Part shown: piece by piece, positions 36,867-46,858 of the stretch
How the letters are laid out: each line of letters opens with the position of its first letter
How positions within the stretch are numbered: the first letter of the stretch is position 1
DNA from: an uncultured Bacilli bacterium
GTDB taxonomy: Bacteria > Bacillota_I > Bacilli_A > RFN20 > DUOF01
DNA: 64,000 nt
Reading direction: 5' to 3'
Assembly (NCBI GenBank): GCA_944363575.1
Contig: CALVUJ010000023.1
Coordinates: forward strand, 107-64,106
Position numbers and translations under genes: made by a program
The notes under the pieces: model-generated
The model's database searches: none
What the model was told of the DNA's origin: nothing
The model's input: only the letters and a program-made list of their open reading frames with translations

Positions 36867-37691
36867 TTATTTACTCCTTTCAATAATATCTTTTAATTGT
36901 TTAATTGTTATTTCATCAATTCTTACTGTTTCTTTTATATCTAGTTGTTTAAATATTTCTTTTATTTTTTCTTTATCGTATGGCAAGGTGTTTAATAAAG
37001 TTTTTCTTTTACCTTTAAAGCATTCTTTGATTATTTTATAAAAATAATCATCTAAAAGATATTTATCATTATTAATATTAATTTTTAAGACAATAGAATC
37101 TACTTTTGGTCTTGGTTCAAAATCGTTTTTTGATACATGCATAATCGTGTTTACTGTACAATAGTTATCAATTAACACTTTTAAATAACTTTCTATTTTA
37201 TCTTCTTTTTTTAATAGTTTCTTGCCCACTTCTTTTTGCATCATAGTAACTATTTTGGTTATTTTTTTGTTTTTTAAGGAAATTATTTTTTCTAAGATAT
37301 CACTAGTAATATAGTATGGTAGATTAGAGATGATTATTACTTCTTGATACTTTGAATATTGTTCTATAAGGTTGTTTAAATCTATTTTTAGGAAATCTTC
37401 ATTAATAATTTTTAAGTTTTCTTGATTAGTAAAATTTTCTTGTAAGACTTTAATCATCTTCTTATCTATTTCAATGGCTATTACTTGTTTTGAAATGTTT
37501 AAAAGTTCTTGTGTTAAAGCCCCTAAACCAGGTCCTATTTCAATAACTAAACTATTAGGAGTAATCTCTGATTGACTAACAATCTTTTTAATTGTTTCAT
37601 AGTTTATTAAGAAGTTTTGGCCAAATTTCTTATTAGCTATTAGATTATGTTTTTTTAATAATTCAAAAGTTTCTTTTTTACTAGCTATCAT
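36867..37691 (-). CDS. rsmA: 16S rRNA dimethyladenosine transferase KsgA
   Basis: KKFGQNFL, EIGPGLGALT, SNLPYYIT, PRPKVDS. Confidence 0.95.
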   Translation of the reverse strand: MIASKKETFELLKKHNLIANKKFGQNFLINYETIKKIVSQSEITPNSLVIEIGPGLGALTQELLNISKQVIAIEIDKKMIKVLQENFTNQENLKIINEDFLKIDLNNLIEQYSKYQEVIIISNLPYYITSDILEKIISLKNKKITKIVTMMQKEVGKKLLKKEDKIESYLKVLIDNYCTVNTIMHVSKNDFEPRPKVDSIVLKININNDKYLLDDYFYKIIKECFKGKRKTLLNTLPYDKEKIKEIFKQLDIKETVRIDEITIKQLKDIIERSK

Positions 37692-38215
37692 TTTATGATC
37701 TCCTTTATTTGTTCTATTTTTAGACCAAACATGTTTACTCTTTTGAGAAAGGTTTTAGCATTGCACCATCCTAAATGATAATACTCACACACTTTATTTC
37801 TTTTTTCTTTAGAATCTTTTTTGCCTATCAACCCTAAGTCATACAAATCACTTTCTTTAATATTAGTGGTGTTTTGTTTTTTATAAGTTACTACATTTTG
37901 TAATGCTCTTATTATTTCTTGTTTAGAGGCTTCTGCGACACCTAGTTTTTTTCCTTTAATAGCTTTACTTCTTTCAACATAAGCGTGTTTGCAATCCCCT
38001 ATATATTCCGTAATTATATTTCTAATTCTTAATCCTGGATAATCTGGATCAGTTAAAATGATTACTCCTTGATGCTTGTTTGCCTCTTTGATGTACTCCA
38101 GTGTTTCATGTGAAACTTCACTACCATTAGTAATAACAATATCGGCATCTAAGAAACTTTTTAAGAAGGTTAAATCTGTTTTACCTTCTACTACAATTAA
38201 CTCTTTTATTTTCAT
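37688..38215 (-). CDS. rnmV: Ribonuclease M5
   Basis: Toprim IVVEGKTD, ILTDPDYPG, GVAEA; tatD-rnmV-ksgA synteny. Confidence 0.93.
   Translation of the reverse strand: MKIKELIVVEGKTDLTFLKSFLDADIVITNGSEVSHETLEYIKEANKHQGVIILTDPDYPGLRIRNIITEYIGDCKHAYVERSKAIKGKKLGVAEASKQEIIRALQNVVTYKKQNTTNIKESDLYDLGLIGKKDSKEKRNKVCEYYHLGWCNAKTFLKRVNMFGLKIEQIKEIIK
38102..38117. promoter_or_regulatory. parS site embedded in rnmV
   Basis: TGTTTCATGTGAAACT, exact reverse complement of 6848-6863. Confidence 0.8.
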
Positions 38216-38979
38216 TTTTTTATACCAAATACTTTACAAGCATTACGATATGTAATGTCTGCGACCATCTCTTCTTCTATATTTTTTATTTTAGCCATTT
38301 CTTTTGCTACTAAAGAAATATATTTTGGCTCGTTTCTTTCCCCACGATATGGATGAGGAGTTAAATAAGGCGCATCTGTTTCAATAAGTAACTTTTCTAA
38401 CTCTACTTCTTTTACCACTTCTTTATTTTGTTTGGCATTTAAAAAAGTAAGGGCTCCTCCAAAAGCTAAATATAAATTAAGTTTTAAGTATTCTTGTGCT
38501 AAATCCAAAGAATAACTATAACAATGCATAATTCCTGTTTTATATAGTTTTTTATTGTTTTTTAAAATTTCTAGTGTATCATTACCTGCATCGCGTGAAT
38601 GTACAATAATAGGCAACTTGTGTTTCTTGGCTAGTTTTAATTGTTTTATAAACATTTCTTGTTGCTCTTGCTTGTTATCTTTATCCCAATGATAATCAAG
38701 CCCTATTTCGCCAATAGCCACTACTTTAGGATTACTTAAAAGTTTTTCTATTTGCTTTAAATCATCGTTATTCATCTTTTTTATTTCACTTGGATGAATT
38801 CCCACTGCAGCGTAAACAAAAGAACAACTATTAGCAATTTCAATAGCCTTTTTAGAACTTTCTAAATCATACCCTATTACTACCATTTTACTAACGTTAT
38901 TTTTTAAAGCATTTATAATTATCTGCGCAAAATTTTCATACTGCTCTGAATTCAAATGAACATGTGTATCAAAATACAT
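38212..38979 (-). CDS. tatD: TatD family nuclease
   Basis: DTHVH, GIHP, GEIGLDY, HSRDA, HCYS, ETDAPYL. Confidence 0.93.
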   Translation of the reverse strand: MYFDTHVHLNSEQYENFAQIIINALKNNVSKMVVIGYDLESSKKAIEIANSCSFVYAAVGIHPSEIKKMNNDDLKQIEKLLSNPKVVAIGEIGLDYHWDKDNKQEQQEMFIKQLKLAKKHKLPIIVHSRDAGNDTLEILKNNKKLYKTGIMHCYSYSLDLAQEYLKLNLYLAFGGALTFLNAKQNKEVVKEVELEKLLIETDAPYLTPHPYRGERNEPKYISLVAKEMAKIKNIEEEMVADITYRNACKVFGIKK

Positions 38980-38986
38980 TTTATCC

Positions 38987-40315
38987 CTACTTTCCTAAAC
39001 AAAATCTAGAAAATATTTCTTCACTTAAATCTGTCTTGCTTCTATTTCCTAAAATATCATTTATATTATTTAAAGCGTTCATTAAATCAATAGATACCAA
39101 ATCAATTGGTGTATTTTTTTCAACTTCTTTTAAACCATTTTCAATATTTTTTAAACTCGCTTCTAGTAGCCCTATTTGTCTAGAGTTTGTTAATAAAGGT
39201 TTATTCTCATAATTATAGGAATATCCTATTTGTTTTTTTATCTCTTCAATTAGATTGCTAATTTCATTATTTTTAGCACTTATTTTAATTCCTTCTATTT
39301 TATTTTCTTTATTTAATTCTGTTTTATTTACTACTGTTATAACTTTTTTATTTTTTACTAATTCTTTTAATTTATAATCTTCTTCATCTAACTCTCTTGA
39401 AGCATCTAAAACTAGAAGAATTAAATCAGCTTCTTCAATTATTTTTAGAGTTTTTTCTATCCCTATTTTTTCAATGTTATCAGCATCTTTTCTTATACCT
39501 GCAGTATCTAATAAATTTAGTTTTAATCCATCTAAGTTAACTTGACCCTCTACAATATCTCTAGTAGTTCCTGCAATATCCGTTACAATGGCTTTATCTT
39601 CTTTTAGTAAGGAATTTAATAAACTTGATTTACCTACATTTGGTTTTCCAATAATAGCTACTTTTATACCATCTTTAATTAATTTCCCTGTTTTGGCATC
39701 TTTTAAAATATCTTTGATATTAGTTCTTAATTCTAGTAATTTTAATTTTGCACTTTCTTTAGTTACTATTTCAGCATCATCATATTCAGGATAATCAATA
39801 TTAACTTCAATATTAGAAATAATACTTAATAATTTTTCTTTTACTTCATTAATCATATTTGAAGTTTTTCCTTTAAGAGAAAGAACGGCTAGTTTGCTTT
39901 CTTCTTCACTAGTAGATCTTATCATATCATTAATAGCTTCTGCTTGTATTAAATCCATTTTCCCATTTAAGTATGCTCTTTTAGAAAATTCCCCTCGTTG
40001 TGCTAATCTTGCACCATATTTAATACATGTTTGAATTATTTTGTTAATGATAAATAAACCTCCATGGCAATTTATCTCAAAAGAGTTTTCTCCAGTGAAT
40101 GAACGTGGCTCTACAAAGGTTGTTATTAATACTTCATCTATTATTTCATCGTCATTTACAATATTACCAAAATATGTTTTATGCCCTTCTATTTTTATTT
40201 TTTTATCAAATATTTTATCTAGTAAAATAAAACATTCTTCCCCACTTACTCTAATAACACCTATTGCTGATTCTAAAGGTGCCGTGGCTAGTGCTACAAT
40301 AGTATCATTAATCAT
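38987..40315 (-). CDS. mnmE: tRNA modification GTPase MnmE/TrmE
   Basis: DTIVALAT, SFTGE, CHGG, GKPNVGKSS, GTTRD, DTAG, C-terminal FSRFCLGK. Confidence 0.96.
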   Translation of the reverse strand: MINDTIVALATAPLESAIGVIRVSGEECFILLDKIFDKKIKIEGHKTYFGNIVNDDEIIDEVLITTFVEPRSFTGENSFEINCHGGLFIINKIIQTCIKYGARLAQRGEFSKRAYLNGKMDLIQAEAINDMIRSTSEEESKLAVLSLKGKTSNMINEVKEKLLSIISNIEVNIDYPEYDDAEIVTKESAKLKLLELRTNIKDILKDAKTGKLIKDGIKVAIIGKPNVGKSSLLNSLLKEDKAIVTDIAGTTRDIVEGQVNLDGLKLNLLDTAGIRKDADNIEKIGIEKTLKIIEEADLILLVLDASRELDEEDYKLKELVKNKKVITVVNKTELNKENKIEGIKISAKNNEISNLIEEIKKQIGYSYNYENKPLLTNSRQIGLLEASLKNIENGLKEVEKNTPIDLVSIDLMNALNNINDILGNRSKTDLSEEIFSRFCLGK

Positions 40316-40352
40316 TTTATCATTCCTTTTCTACAACATTATAACGTAGATT

Positions 40353-40384
40353 AAAAGATATTTAGATTGCTCTAAATATCTTTT
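40353..40384 (-). terminator. Strong hairpin / terminator after jag
   Basis: Perfect 14-bp stem AAAAGATATTTAGA-TTGC-TCTAAATATCTTTT. Confidence 0.7.
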
Positions 40385-40973
40385 ATTCTTCTACATAATA
40401 AATAGTTAACCTTCGATCTTTTCCTTGCCCAACACTTTCTGTTTTAATATTGTGATAATTAGTTAGAGCTCCATGAATAATTCTTCTTTCATCACTAGGC
40501 ATTGGTTTTAATGTTATCTTTCCTTTTGTTTGTTGCACTTCTTTAGCATACTTTCTAGCCATTTGAATTAACTTTTCATATTTTTCTTCTTTATATTCAC
40601 CGATATCTAGTAAGATTTTATAATGCTTGTTATAACGATTATGTATGGCTACTCTTACTAACTCATTTAATGATTGAAGAGTTCTTCCACCTTTACCAAT
40701 TAAAACAGCATCATGATCTGTTTTAATGTTAATGTTTATTACTTCTCCTTCATATTTAGATGTTAATTCAACGTTTAGATTCATGTTGTTTAGAATTTTT
40801 GTTAAATACTCTTTTACATAATCTACTACATCTGCCACAAAATAAGCTTCTATTTCTACTTCGTTTTCTGTTTCACTTATAATTCTATACTGTAAATATT
40901 TGATATCTACATTTTCAGCGTCTGCTGCCTTGTCTAGTGCTTCGTTCAAATCTTTCCCTTTATATAAACTCAT
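40383..40973 (-). CDS. jag: Jag/EloR (KhpB) RNA-binding protein
   Basis: KH motif LIGKGGRTL and R3H ERRIIH; yidC-jag-mnmE synteny; start ATG 40973. Confidence 0.9.
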   Translation of the reverse strand: MSLYKGKDLNEALDKAADAENVDIKYLQYRIISETENEVEIEAYFVADVVDYVKEYLTKILNNMNLNVELTSKYEGEVININIKTDHDAVLIGKGGRTLQSLNELVRVAIHNRYNKHYKILLDIGEYKEEKYEKLIQMARKYAKEVQQTKGKITLKPMPSDERRIIHGALTNYHNIKTESVGQGKDRRLTIYYVEE

Positions 40974-40992
40974 TTCTACCACCTCTACTTCT

Positions 40993-42114
40993 TTATTGTA
41001 TAACTTTTGCTTTCTTTTTTCTATTACCTATATTACTTAATTTTTCTTTTACCTTTGGATTTTGAAAAATAAATGTTTGAATAATACTGAAAAGAGCTCC
41101 TATTGTCCAATATATTGCTAGAGCAGATGGTAGCAAGAAACCTGAAATAATAATCATTATTAACATTATATTTGTCATCATAGACATTTCTTTATTAGCT
41201 TTGTTTATTTGATCTTTATTCTTATAATTAGCTTGCCTTTTTCTGATTATGTTTGGTAATTTCATGGATAGAACCTGACCTGCTGTCATTATGACGAATA
41301 AAATGATGGCTGCTATGTTTAAATTAAAGACTTGACTACTTACGGCTTCTCCTAGATTTAATCCTAAAAATGTTCCTGTTCTTATTACTAGTGTTTGGCT
41401 AATTGCAGACCATACAGATAAGAATACTGGTATAGATACTAGAGTTGGTATCAAACTAGAGAAAGGATTTATACCATTTTTTTGGTATATATCCATTACT
41501 TTCATTGATAATCTATTCTTTTCTGCTTGTGATAAGTTAGGATCTTTTAACTTATTAGATATTTCAGCAATTTCACCTTGAATACTTTGTAATTTTTGGT
41601 TTTGAATTTGGCTTTTAAAAGTCAAAAGCAACATTACTGTTCTTATTATGATTGTTGTTATTACAATTGCTAATACTTTTCCTAAACCTGTTGAACCAAA
41701 TAGATTTGTAAAAGTAATTAGTAACCATGATATAGGGAAGACTATTAAGCCTTCTAATAATCCTTCTTTAAAAGCTGATCCCCAATTTTTTTTAGAAATC
41801 GTTGCCCCGCTTATAGGATCTTCCATTTCTTCAGTTGTTAAACAAGCTTTGGGATGGCTGTTGTATTCTGCTTCTATTTGCTTTTCAATATTTTGGTTAA
41901 TATATTCATTAATAGCTGCTTCATCCGTAATGTTTTCAGCAATTGCTTGTTCTCTTAATTTTACTTTATATTCTTCATCGCTATTCCATTTAGTTTCTAT
42001 TCCGCTTTTTATAGCATCTAAATCTTCTTGACTACACATAGATGATGTACAACTACATCCACTTATAATTAAAATAGAGAAAAATAGAATTACTATTAAT
42101 TTTAATTTTTTCAT
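40993..42114 (-). CDS. yidC: Membrane protein insertase YidC/SpoIIIJ (lipoprotein)
   Basis: Lipobox ISG-CSC, TIIIR, GINPF, LPSALAIYW; follows rnpA. Confidence 0.9.
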   Translation of the reverse strand: MKKLKLIVILFFSILIISGCSCTSSMCSQEDLDAIKSGIETKWNSDEEYKVKLREQAIAENITDEAAINEYINQNIEKQIEAEYNSHPKACLTTEEMEDPISGATISKKNWGSAFKEGLLEGLIVFPISWLLITFTNLFGSTGLGKVLAIVITTIIIRTVMLLLTFKSQIQNQKLQSIQGEIAEISNKLKDPNLSQAEKNRLSMKVMDIYQKNGINPFSSLIPTLVSIPVFLSVWSAISQTLVIRTGTFLGLNLGEAVSSQVFNLNIAAIILFVIMTAGQVLSMKLPNIIRKRQANYKNKDQINKANKEMSMMTNIMLIMIIISGFLLPSALAIYWTIGALFSIIQTFIFQNPKVKEKLSNIGNRKKKAKVIQ

Positions 42115-42449
42115 TTTTTTTCCCCTTTCTTAGTTTTTATTAATAATTCTTGTAAGATTTTTTTATTTTCAATAAAACTATTATCTAAATATTTATTTCT
42201 AACAATAATTATTAAATCCTTTTCTTCAAAAACATTTACTAACTCTTTAAGCATTTCATTTATTTGTCTTTTTATTTTGTGTCTTACAACTGAATTTCCT
42301 ATTTTGGAACTAACACTTATTCCTATACGAAGATGCTTTTCTTTATTTTCTTTATAATAGACTACAAGTTCTTTGCTCGCTACACTTTTTTTACTATCTA
42401 ATACTTGTTTAAAATCTTTATTTTTTAATAATCTATTTATTTTTTTCAT
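42111..42449 (-). CDS. rnpA: RNase P protein component
   Basis: RIGISVSSKIGNSVVRHKIKR. Confidence 0.93.
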   Translation of the reverse strand: MKKINRLLKNKDFKQVLDSKKSVASKELVVYYKENKEKHLRIGISVSSKIGNSVVRHKIKRQINEMLKELVNVFEEKDLIIIVRNKYLDNSFIENKKILQELLIKTKKGEKK

Positions 42450-42456
42450 TTTATTT

Positions 42457-42484
42457 AAAAAAAAGCTACTTACTAGTAGCTTTT
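42457..42484 (-). terminator. Intrinsic terminator/attenuator between rpmH and rnpA
   Basis: AAAAGCTACT-TACT-AGTAGCTTTT with T8 tail on minus strand. Confidence 0.7.
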
Positions 42485-42487
42485 CCT

Positions 42488-42622
42488 TTAAGCAGAAAGA
42501 ACTTGTCTTCCCTTGCTTCTTCTTCTAGCAAGAACTTTACGTCCATTCTTTGTTGACATTCTTTCTCTAAAACCATGTACTTTTGAATGTTTTCTTTTAC
42601 TAGGTTGATATGTTCTTTTCAT
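42488..42622 (-). CDS. rpmH: 50S ribosomal protein L34 (not in ORF track)
   Basis: [54 protein letters not shown]. Confidence 0.97.
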   Translation of the reverse strand: MKRTYQPSKRKHSKVHGFRERMSTKNGRKVLARRRSKGRQVLSA

Positions 42623-42699
42623 TCTTACACCTCCATTAGATAATACATATAGCGATAAAATTATAATTTTTTTTATTATTTAAGTCAATTATTTTGTTA

Positions 42700-42970
42700 T
42701 AGTATTTATTCACAAAAAATGTTAATAAATTAACTTTATTAGTGGATAAATCTATTTTTTTCTTACATATTGTAAGACAAATAAATGTTTATAAATTTTT
42801 TATTTGTGGAAAATAAATAACATTTTTTTCAACTGTTAATAAATTTTTTATTTTAAACAAAAAAATTAACAATTTATTTTGTGGAAAAATAGTATTTTAT
42901 TTAGAATTTGTAGGTATAATATATGTGGATATGTTTGTGGAAAGTAAATTTATTAATTTTTTTTCCACAA
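42700..42970. other. oriC part 1: DnaA-box cluster upstream of dnaA
   Basis: TTATTCACA 42706, AGTGGATAA 42741, TGTGGAAAA 42805 and 42880, TGTGGATAT 42924, TGTGGAAAG 42936, TTTTCCACA 42961; skew and gene-strand switch here. Confidence 0.9.
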
Positions 42971-43013
42971 TATGTGTTATATTTATTCTTGTCATGGGGA
43001 GAGAGGTTATTTT

Positions 43014-44369
43014 ATGAATGTTTCAAAATTAAACAATATTTGGGGAGAAGTATTGTTATCTTTAAAAAACAAATTACAAGACAATAATATTTTTAACACT
43101 TTTTTTCAGGATTCTAAGCTTTATGAAATAAAAGATGATAATGCTTATATCAGTGTTAAAACTAAATTTGCTAAGGAACTTTTAGAATCTAGGTATTTAA
43201 CAATTATTGAAATGACTCTAGAGGAAGTTTGTAAAACAAACTATACTTGTTTTATTACAATTGAGAATGATGCTTCTAAAACGGATGACTTTGTTGAAAT
43301 AAAAAACGATAAAAATTACTTTGTTTCAAATTTGAACAATAACTATACTTTTGAGAATTTTGTTGTTGGTCCTTCTAATCAGGAAGCTCAGAGTGCTGCT
43401 TTAACAGTAGCTTTAGAACCTGGCAAATTTTACAATCCCTTATTTATTTATGGTAAAAGTGGTATAGGTAAGACTCATTTGTTACATGCTATTGGCAATT
43501 ATATTCGTTTTAAATCTGCTCAAGAAACTAAAGTTTATTATATTTCTAGTGCTGATTTCTTAGATGACTATGTAAATGCTATTAGAGATAACACCATTAA
43601 CGAATTAAAAGAAAGTTTTAAAAATATGGATGTTTTATTAATAGATGATATTCAATTTTTATCAGGAAAAGATAAAACTAATGAGATGTTTTTCCATATT
43701 TTTAATCATCTTATTAATAATCGTAAGCAAATCGTTATTACTAGTGATAGATCTCCTAATGAGTTAAAAGGATTAGAAGAGCGTCTAGTAAGTAGATTTT
43801 CTAGTGGTTTAAGTGTTTGTGTTCAAAATCCTGAATATGAAACTTCTTTAGAGATTCTAAAGAAAAAGATTGAAAATCAAAATATTAGTTCTAAGACGAT
43901 AAAAGAAGATGTATTAAGCTATATTGCTTTAAAATATTCTAAGGATATTAGGCAATTAGAAGGGGCTTTAAATAGATTAGTTTTTTATGTTGAATCTTTT
44001 AAGAAACAAACAAAAGTTATTGATTTAGATATTGCTCAAGAGGCTTTAAAAGGTTTGGTTATTAACCAAAATAATAATGTTAATGCTTTAACTATTGATA
44101 AAATAAAGATGGCTGTTGCTGATTACTATAAAATATCTACTTCACAATTATCAGCAAGTATCAGAGTTAGTAATATTTCTAATGCTAGACATATTGCTAT
44201 GTATCTTTGTAGGAGTTTGTTGGATGTTCCTTTTATTAAAATTGGTGAAGAATTTGGAGGTAGGGATCATTCAACGGTGATAAATGCGTGTGAAAAAGTG
44301 GAAAAATTGTTAAAAAATGATCCTAATTTTAAACAAGCTGTAGATGATATAAAAATATTATTAAAATAG
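43014..44369 (+). CDS. dnaA: Chromosomal replication initiator DnaA
   Basis: YTFENFVVG, NPLFIYGKSGIGKTHL, LIDDIQF, FGGRDHSTV; start ATG 43014 after GAGAGG. Confidence 0.98.
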   Translation: MNVSKLNNIWGEVLLSLKNKLQDNNIFNTFFQDSKLYEIKDDNAYISVKTKFAKELLESRYLTIIEMTLEEVCKTNYTCFITIENDASKTDDFVEIKNDKNYFVSNLNNNYTFENFVVGPSNQEAQSAALTVALEPGKFYNPLFIYGKSGIGKTHLLHAIGNYIRFKSAQETKVYYISSADFLDDYVNAIRDNTINELKESFKNMDVLLIDDIQFLSGKDKTNEMFFHIFNHLINNRKQIVITSDRSPNELKGLEERLVSRFSSGLSVCVQNPEYETSLEILKKKIENQNISSKTIKEDVLSYIALKYSKDIRQLEGALNRLVFYVESFKKQTKVIDLDIAQEALKGLVINQNNNVNALTIDKIKMAVADYYKISTSQLSASIRVSNISNARHIAMYLCRSLLDVPFIKIGEEFGGRDHSTVINACEKVEKLLKNDPNFKQAVDDIKILLK

Positions 44370-44440
44370 TTAAAAAATAAGGATTTTTATATAATAAAAG
44401 GAAACAAATATGTTATAATTTAAAAGGATTGAAAATGGTG

Positions 44441-44482
44441 TTTTCAACATTATCCACACATCTAATTAAAATAAATATATAA
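44441..44482. other. oriC part 2: tandem DnaA boxes followed by AT-rich unwinding region
   Basis: TTTTCAACA-TTATCCACA at 44441-44458 followed by CATCTAATTAAAATAAATATAT. Confidence 0.8.
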
Positions 44483-44498
44483 AGGAGGAAATATAATA

Positions 44499-45623
44499 AT
44501 GAGATTTATAATTTCAAGAAATAGTTTAGTGAATGCTTTAAATATTGTTTCAAAGGCTGTAACCAATAAAACACCAATTGCTGTTTTGACAGGTATTAAG
44601 TTTGATTTATCTAATGAGGGGTTAACTTTGATAGGTAGTGATACGGATTTATCTATATCTACTTTTATTAAAACGGAAGAAGGAGATAATAAAATTATTA
44701 CTATATTTGAAACTGGTAGTTGTGTATTGAATGCTAAATATGTTACAGATATTATGAGAAAATTAGAAGGAGAAAGAGTAGAAATAGAATTAGTTGATGG
44801 TAATCTTGTTAGGATTGTTGATCAAAAATCTAATTTTAATTTAAATAGTATTAATGTTAGTGAATTTCCATTTATTGATTTTAGTTTTGATAACAATATT
44901 ATTAAATTAAAGGGCGATGTTTTAAAGCAAATTATTTCACAAACAAAGTTCGCTACTAGTCAAAAAGAAACAAGACCAATTCTTACTGGTGTTAACTTTA
45001 AAGTTGATGGCAATGTGTTAGAGACTGTTGCAACTGATACTTATAGATTAGCTAAGAAACAGACTATTATAGGAGATACCGCTTATTTTAATGTAACGAT
45101 ACCTGCTAGGAATTTAGATGAAATTTCTAAAATAATTGATGGTGGAGAAGAAGTTATTGTTAATTTCTTTGAGAAGAAAGTTATGTTTAAGATAAATGAA
45201 ACGATTATATCTAGTAGAGTTATAAGTGGTATTTATCCAGATACTAGTAAATTAATTCCTGATATGTTTGAAAATACTTTGGATACTTTAACAAATGAAT
45301 TTGTTTCTGCTATTGATAGGGCAAGTTTACTATCTAGTGATCGTAATAATATTGTTAAATTAAGTTTAAATAAAGAGAAAGTTGAGATTTCTTCTAGAAG
45401 TCAAGAGGTTGGTTCTGTTGTTGAAAAAATAGCTAATTATGAATATGTAGGAAATAAGTTTGATATATCATTTAGTGCTCAGTATATTATTGATGCTATT
45501 AAGGCTATTGGTAGTAATGATATAGAATTATGCTTTAATGGGGAAATGAAACCATTTATTGTTAAAAATAAAGAAGATAATTCGGTTATTCAATTAGTTT
45601 TACCAGTTAGAACTTATCAATAA
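44499..45623 (+). CDS. dnaN: DNA polymerase III beta clamp
   Basis: ETRPILTGV, VATDTYRLA, YPDTSKLIP, QLVLPVRTY. Confidence 0.97.
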   Translation: MRFIISRNSLVNALNIVSKAVTNKTPIAVLTGIKFDLSNEGLTLIGSDTDLSISTFIKTEEGDNKIITIFETGSCVLNAKYVTDIMRKLEGERVEIELVDGNLVRIVDQKSNFNLNSINVSEFPFIDFSFDNNIIKLKGDVLKQIISQTKFATSQKETRPILTGVNFKVDGNVLETVATDTYRLAKKQTIIGDTAYFNVTIPARNLDEISKIIDGGEEVIVNFFEKKVMFKINETIISSRVISGIYPDTSKLIPDMFENTLDTLTNEFVSAIDRASLLSSDRNNIVKLSLNKEKVEISSRSQEVGSVVEKIANYEYVGNKFDISFSAQYIIDAIKAIGSNDIELCFNGEMKPFIVKNKEDNSVIQLVLPVRTYQ

Positions 45624-45634
45624 TTTATTTTAAT

Positions 45635-45670
45635 AAAAAGCTCTATTTTTTTACAAAATGGAGTTTTTTT
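45635..45670 (+). terminator. Intrinsic terminator after dnaN
   Basis: AAAAAGCTCTATTTT...AAAATGGAGTTTTTTT. Confidence 0.7.
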
Positions 45671-45672
45671 AA

Positions 45673-45776
45673 TTTACATTTAAATGTTATTAGGTTATAA
45701 TAGCAAAGCATGGGTGAAGGACATGCATCTTCTCTGCTGGGAAACTGGCTGAAATTAGACCAAAGGGGGGTAAAAA
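45673..45776 (+). promoter_or_regulatory. rpsF promoter and structured leader (putative S6:S18-binding autoregulatory RNA)
   Basis: TTTACA-N17-TATAAT; GC-rich leader where CTTCTCTG can pair with the CAAAGGGG RBS, preceded by GACC. Confidence 0.55.
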
Positions 45777-46067
45777 ATGAGAAAATATGAGATTATGTAT
45801 ATTTTAAACTCTAATTTAGATGAAGCTACTAGAAAGAGTACGATTGAAGGTTTAAATAAAATTTTAACTGATAATGGTGCTAAAATTAGTGATGTTAATG
45901 AATGGGGTAATCGTGAGTTAGCATATGAGATTAAAAAGCAAACTAGAGGTTATTATGTTGTTACAACTTTAACTAGTGATGATTCTAAGGCAGTTAGTGA
46001 GTTTGATCGTTTATCAAAAATAAATACTAGTGTATTGCGTCATATGATTGTTAAATTAGATAATTAG
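45777..46067 (+). CDS. rpsF: 30S ribosomal protein S6
   Basis: MRKYEIMYIL, WGNRELAYEIKK, VLRHMIV. Confidence 0.97.
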   Translation: MRKYEIMYILNSNLDEATRKSTIEGLNKILTDNGAKISDVNEWGNRELAYEIKKQTRGYYVVTTLTSDDSKAVSEFDRLSKINTSVLRHMIVKLDN

Positions 46068-46077
46068 GAGAATACGT

Positions 46078-46530
46078 ATGTTAAATAGAGTAATTTTGAT
46101 TGGAAGAACAACAAGAGATGTAGATTTTCGCCGAACAGCTAATGGAACACCTGTTGCTACCTTCACACTAGCATTAGATAACAGGTATGTTTTAAGAGAT
46201 GGAAAGCCAACAACAGATTTTATTAATTGTGTTGCTTGGAATAAGACAGCGGAAACAATGGATAAGTATGTAAAAAAAGGCATGTTAATAGCTGTTGAAG
46301 GAAGACTTCAAACGAGAAATTATGAAAATAAAGATGGCATTAAAGTTTATATCACTGAGGTTGTTTGTGATAATATGAGAATGTTAGAAAATAAAAATAG
46401 TAATAATAGTACTTATCTTGATGAATATGAACCAAATGTTGGATATCAAAAAGATGAGGAAAAAGAAGAGATTAAAGATAATTCTAGTGATATAGAATTT
46501 AATATATCTGAAGATGATTTACCATTTTAG
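46078..46530 (+). CDS. ssb: Single-stranded DNA-binding protein
   Basis: [29 protein letters not shown]-terminal DDLPF. Confidence 0.97.
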   Translation: MLNRVILIGRTTRDVDFRRTANGTPVATFTLALDNRYVLRDGKPTTDFINCVAWNKTAETMDKYVKKGMLIAVEGRLQTRNYENKDGIKVYITEVVCDNMRMLENKNSNNSTYLDEYEPNVGYQKDEEKEEIKDNSSDIEFNISEDDLPF

Positions 46531-46544
46531 AAAGGAGAAAAAGT

Positions 46545-46772
46545 ATGGCTTTTAAAAAACAAAAGACTAAGAAGAAAGTTTGTTTCTTTACTAAGAATAA
46601 GATAACTTATATTGATTATAAAGATGTAGAGTTATTAAAAAGATTTGTAAGTGCGAATGGGAAAATTATTCCACGTAGGGTTACAGGTACTAGTGCTAAA
46701 TATCAAAGAATGTTAGCAGTAGCAATAAAAAGAGCTAGAGAAATGGCTTTGTTACCATTTGTAGTTGAATAA
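46545..46772 (+). CDS. rpsR: 30S ribosomal protein S18
   Basis: [28 protein letters not shown]. Confidence 0.97.
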   Translation: MAFKKQKTKKKVCFFTKNKITYIDYKDVELLKRFVSANGKIIPRRVTGTSAKYQRMLAVAIKRAREMALLPFVVE

Positions 46773-46799
46773 GATTAGTAGAAATACTAATCTTTTTTT
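46771..46799 (+). terminator. Intrinsic terminator after rpsR
   Basis: AAGATTAGTA-GAAA-TACTAATCTT-TTTTT. Confidence 0.85.
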
Positions 46800-46858
46800 A
46801 TATTTTATTTAAAATATAAAACAAAAAGGTTATAATAGAATGGTGAAGAGGGATAATA

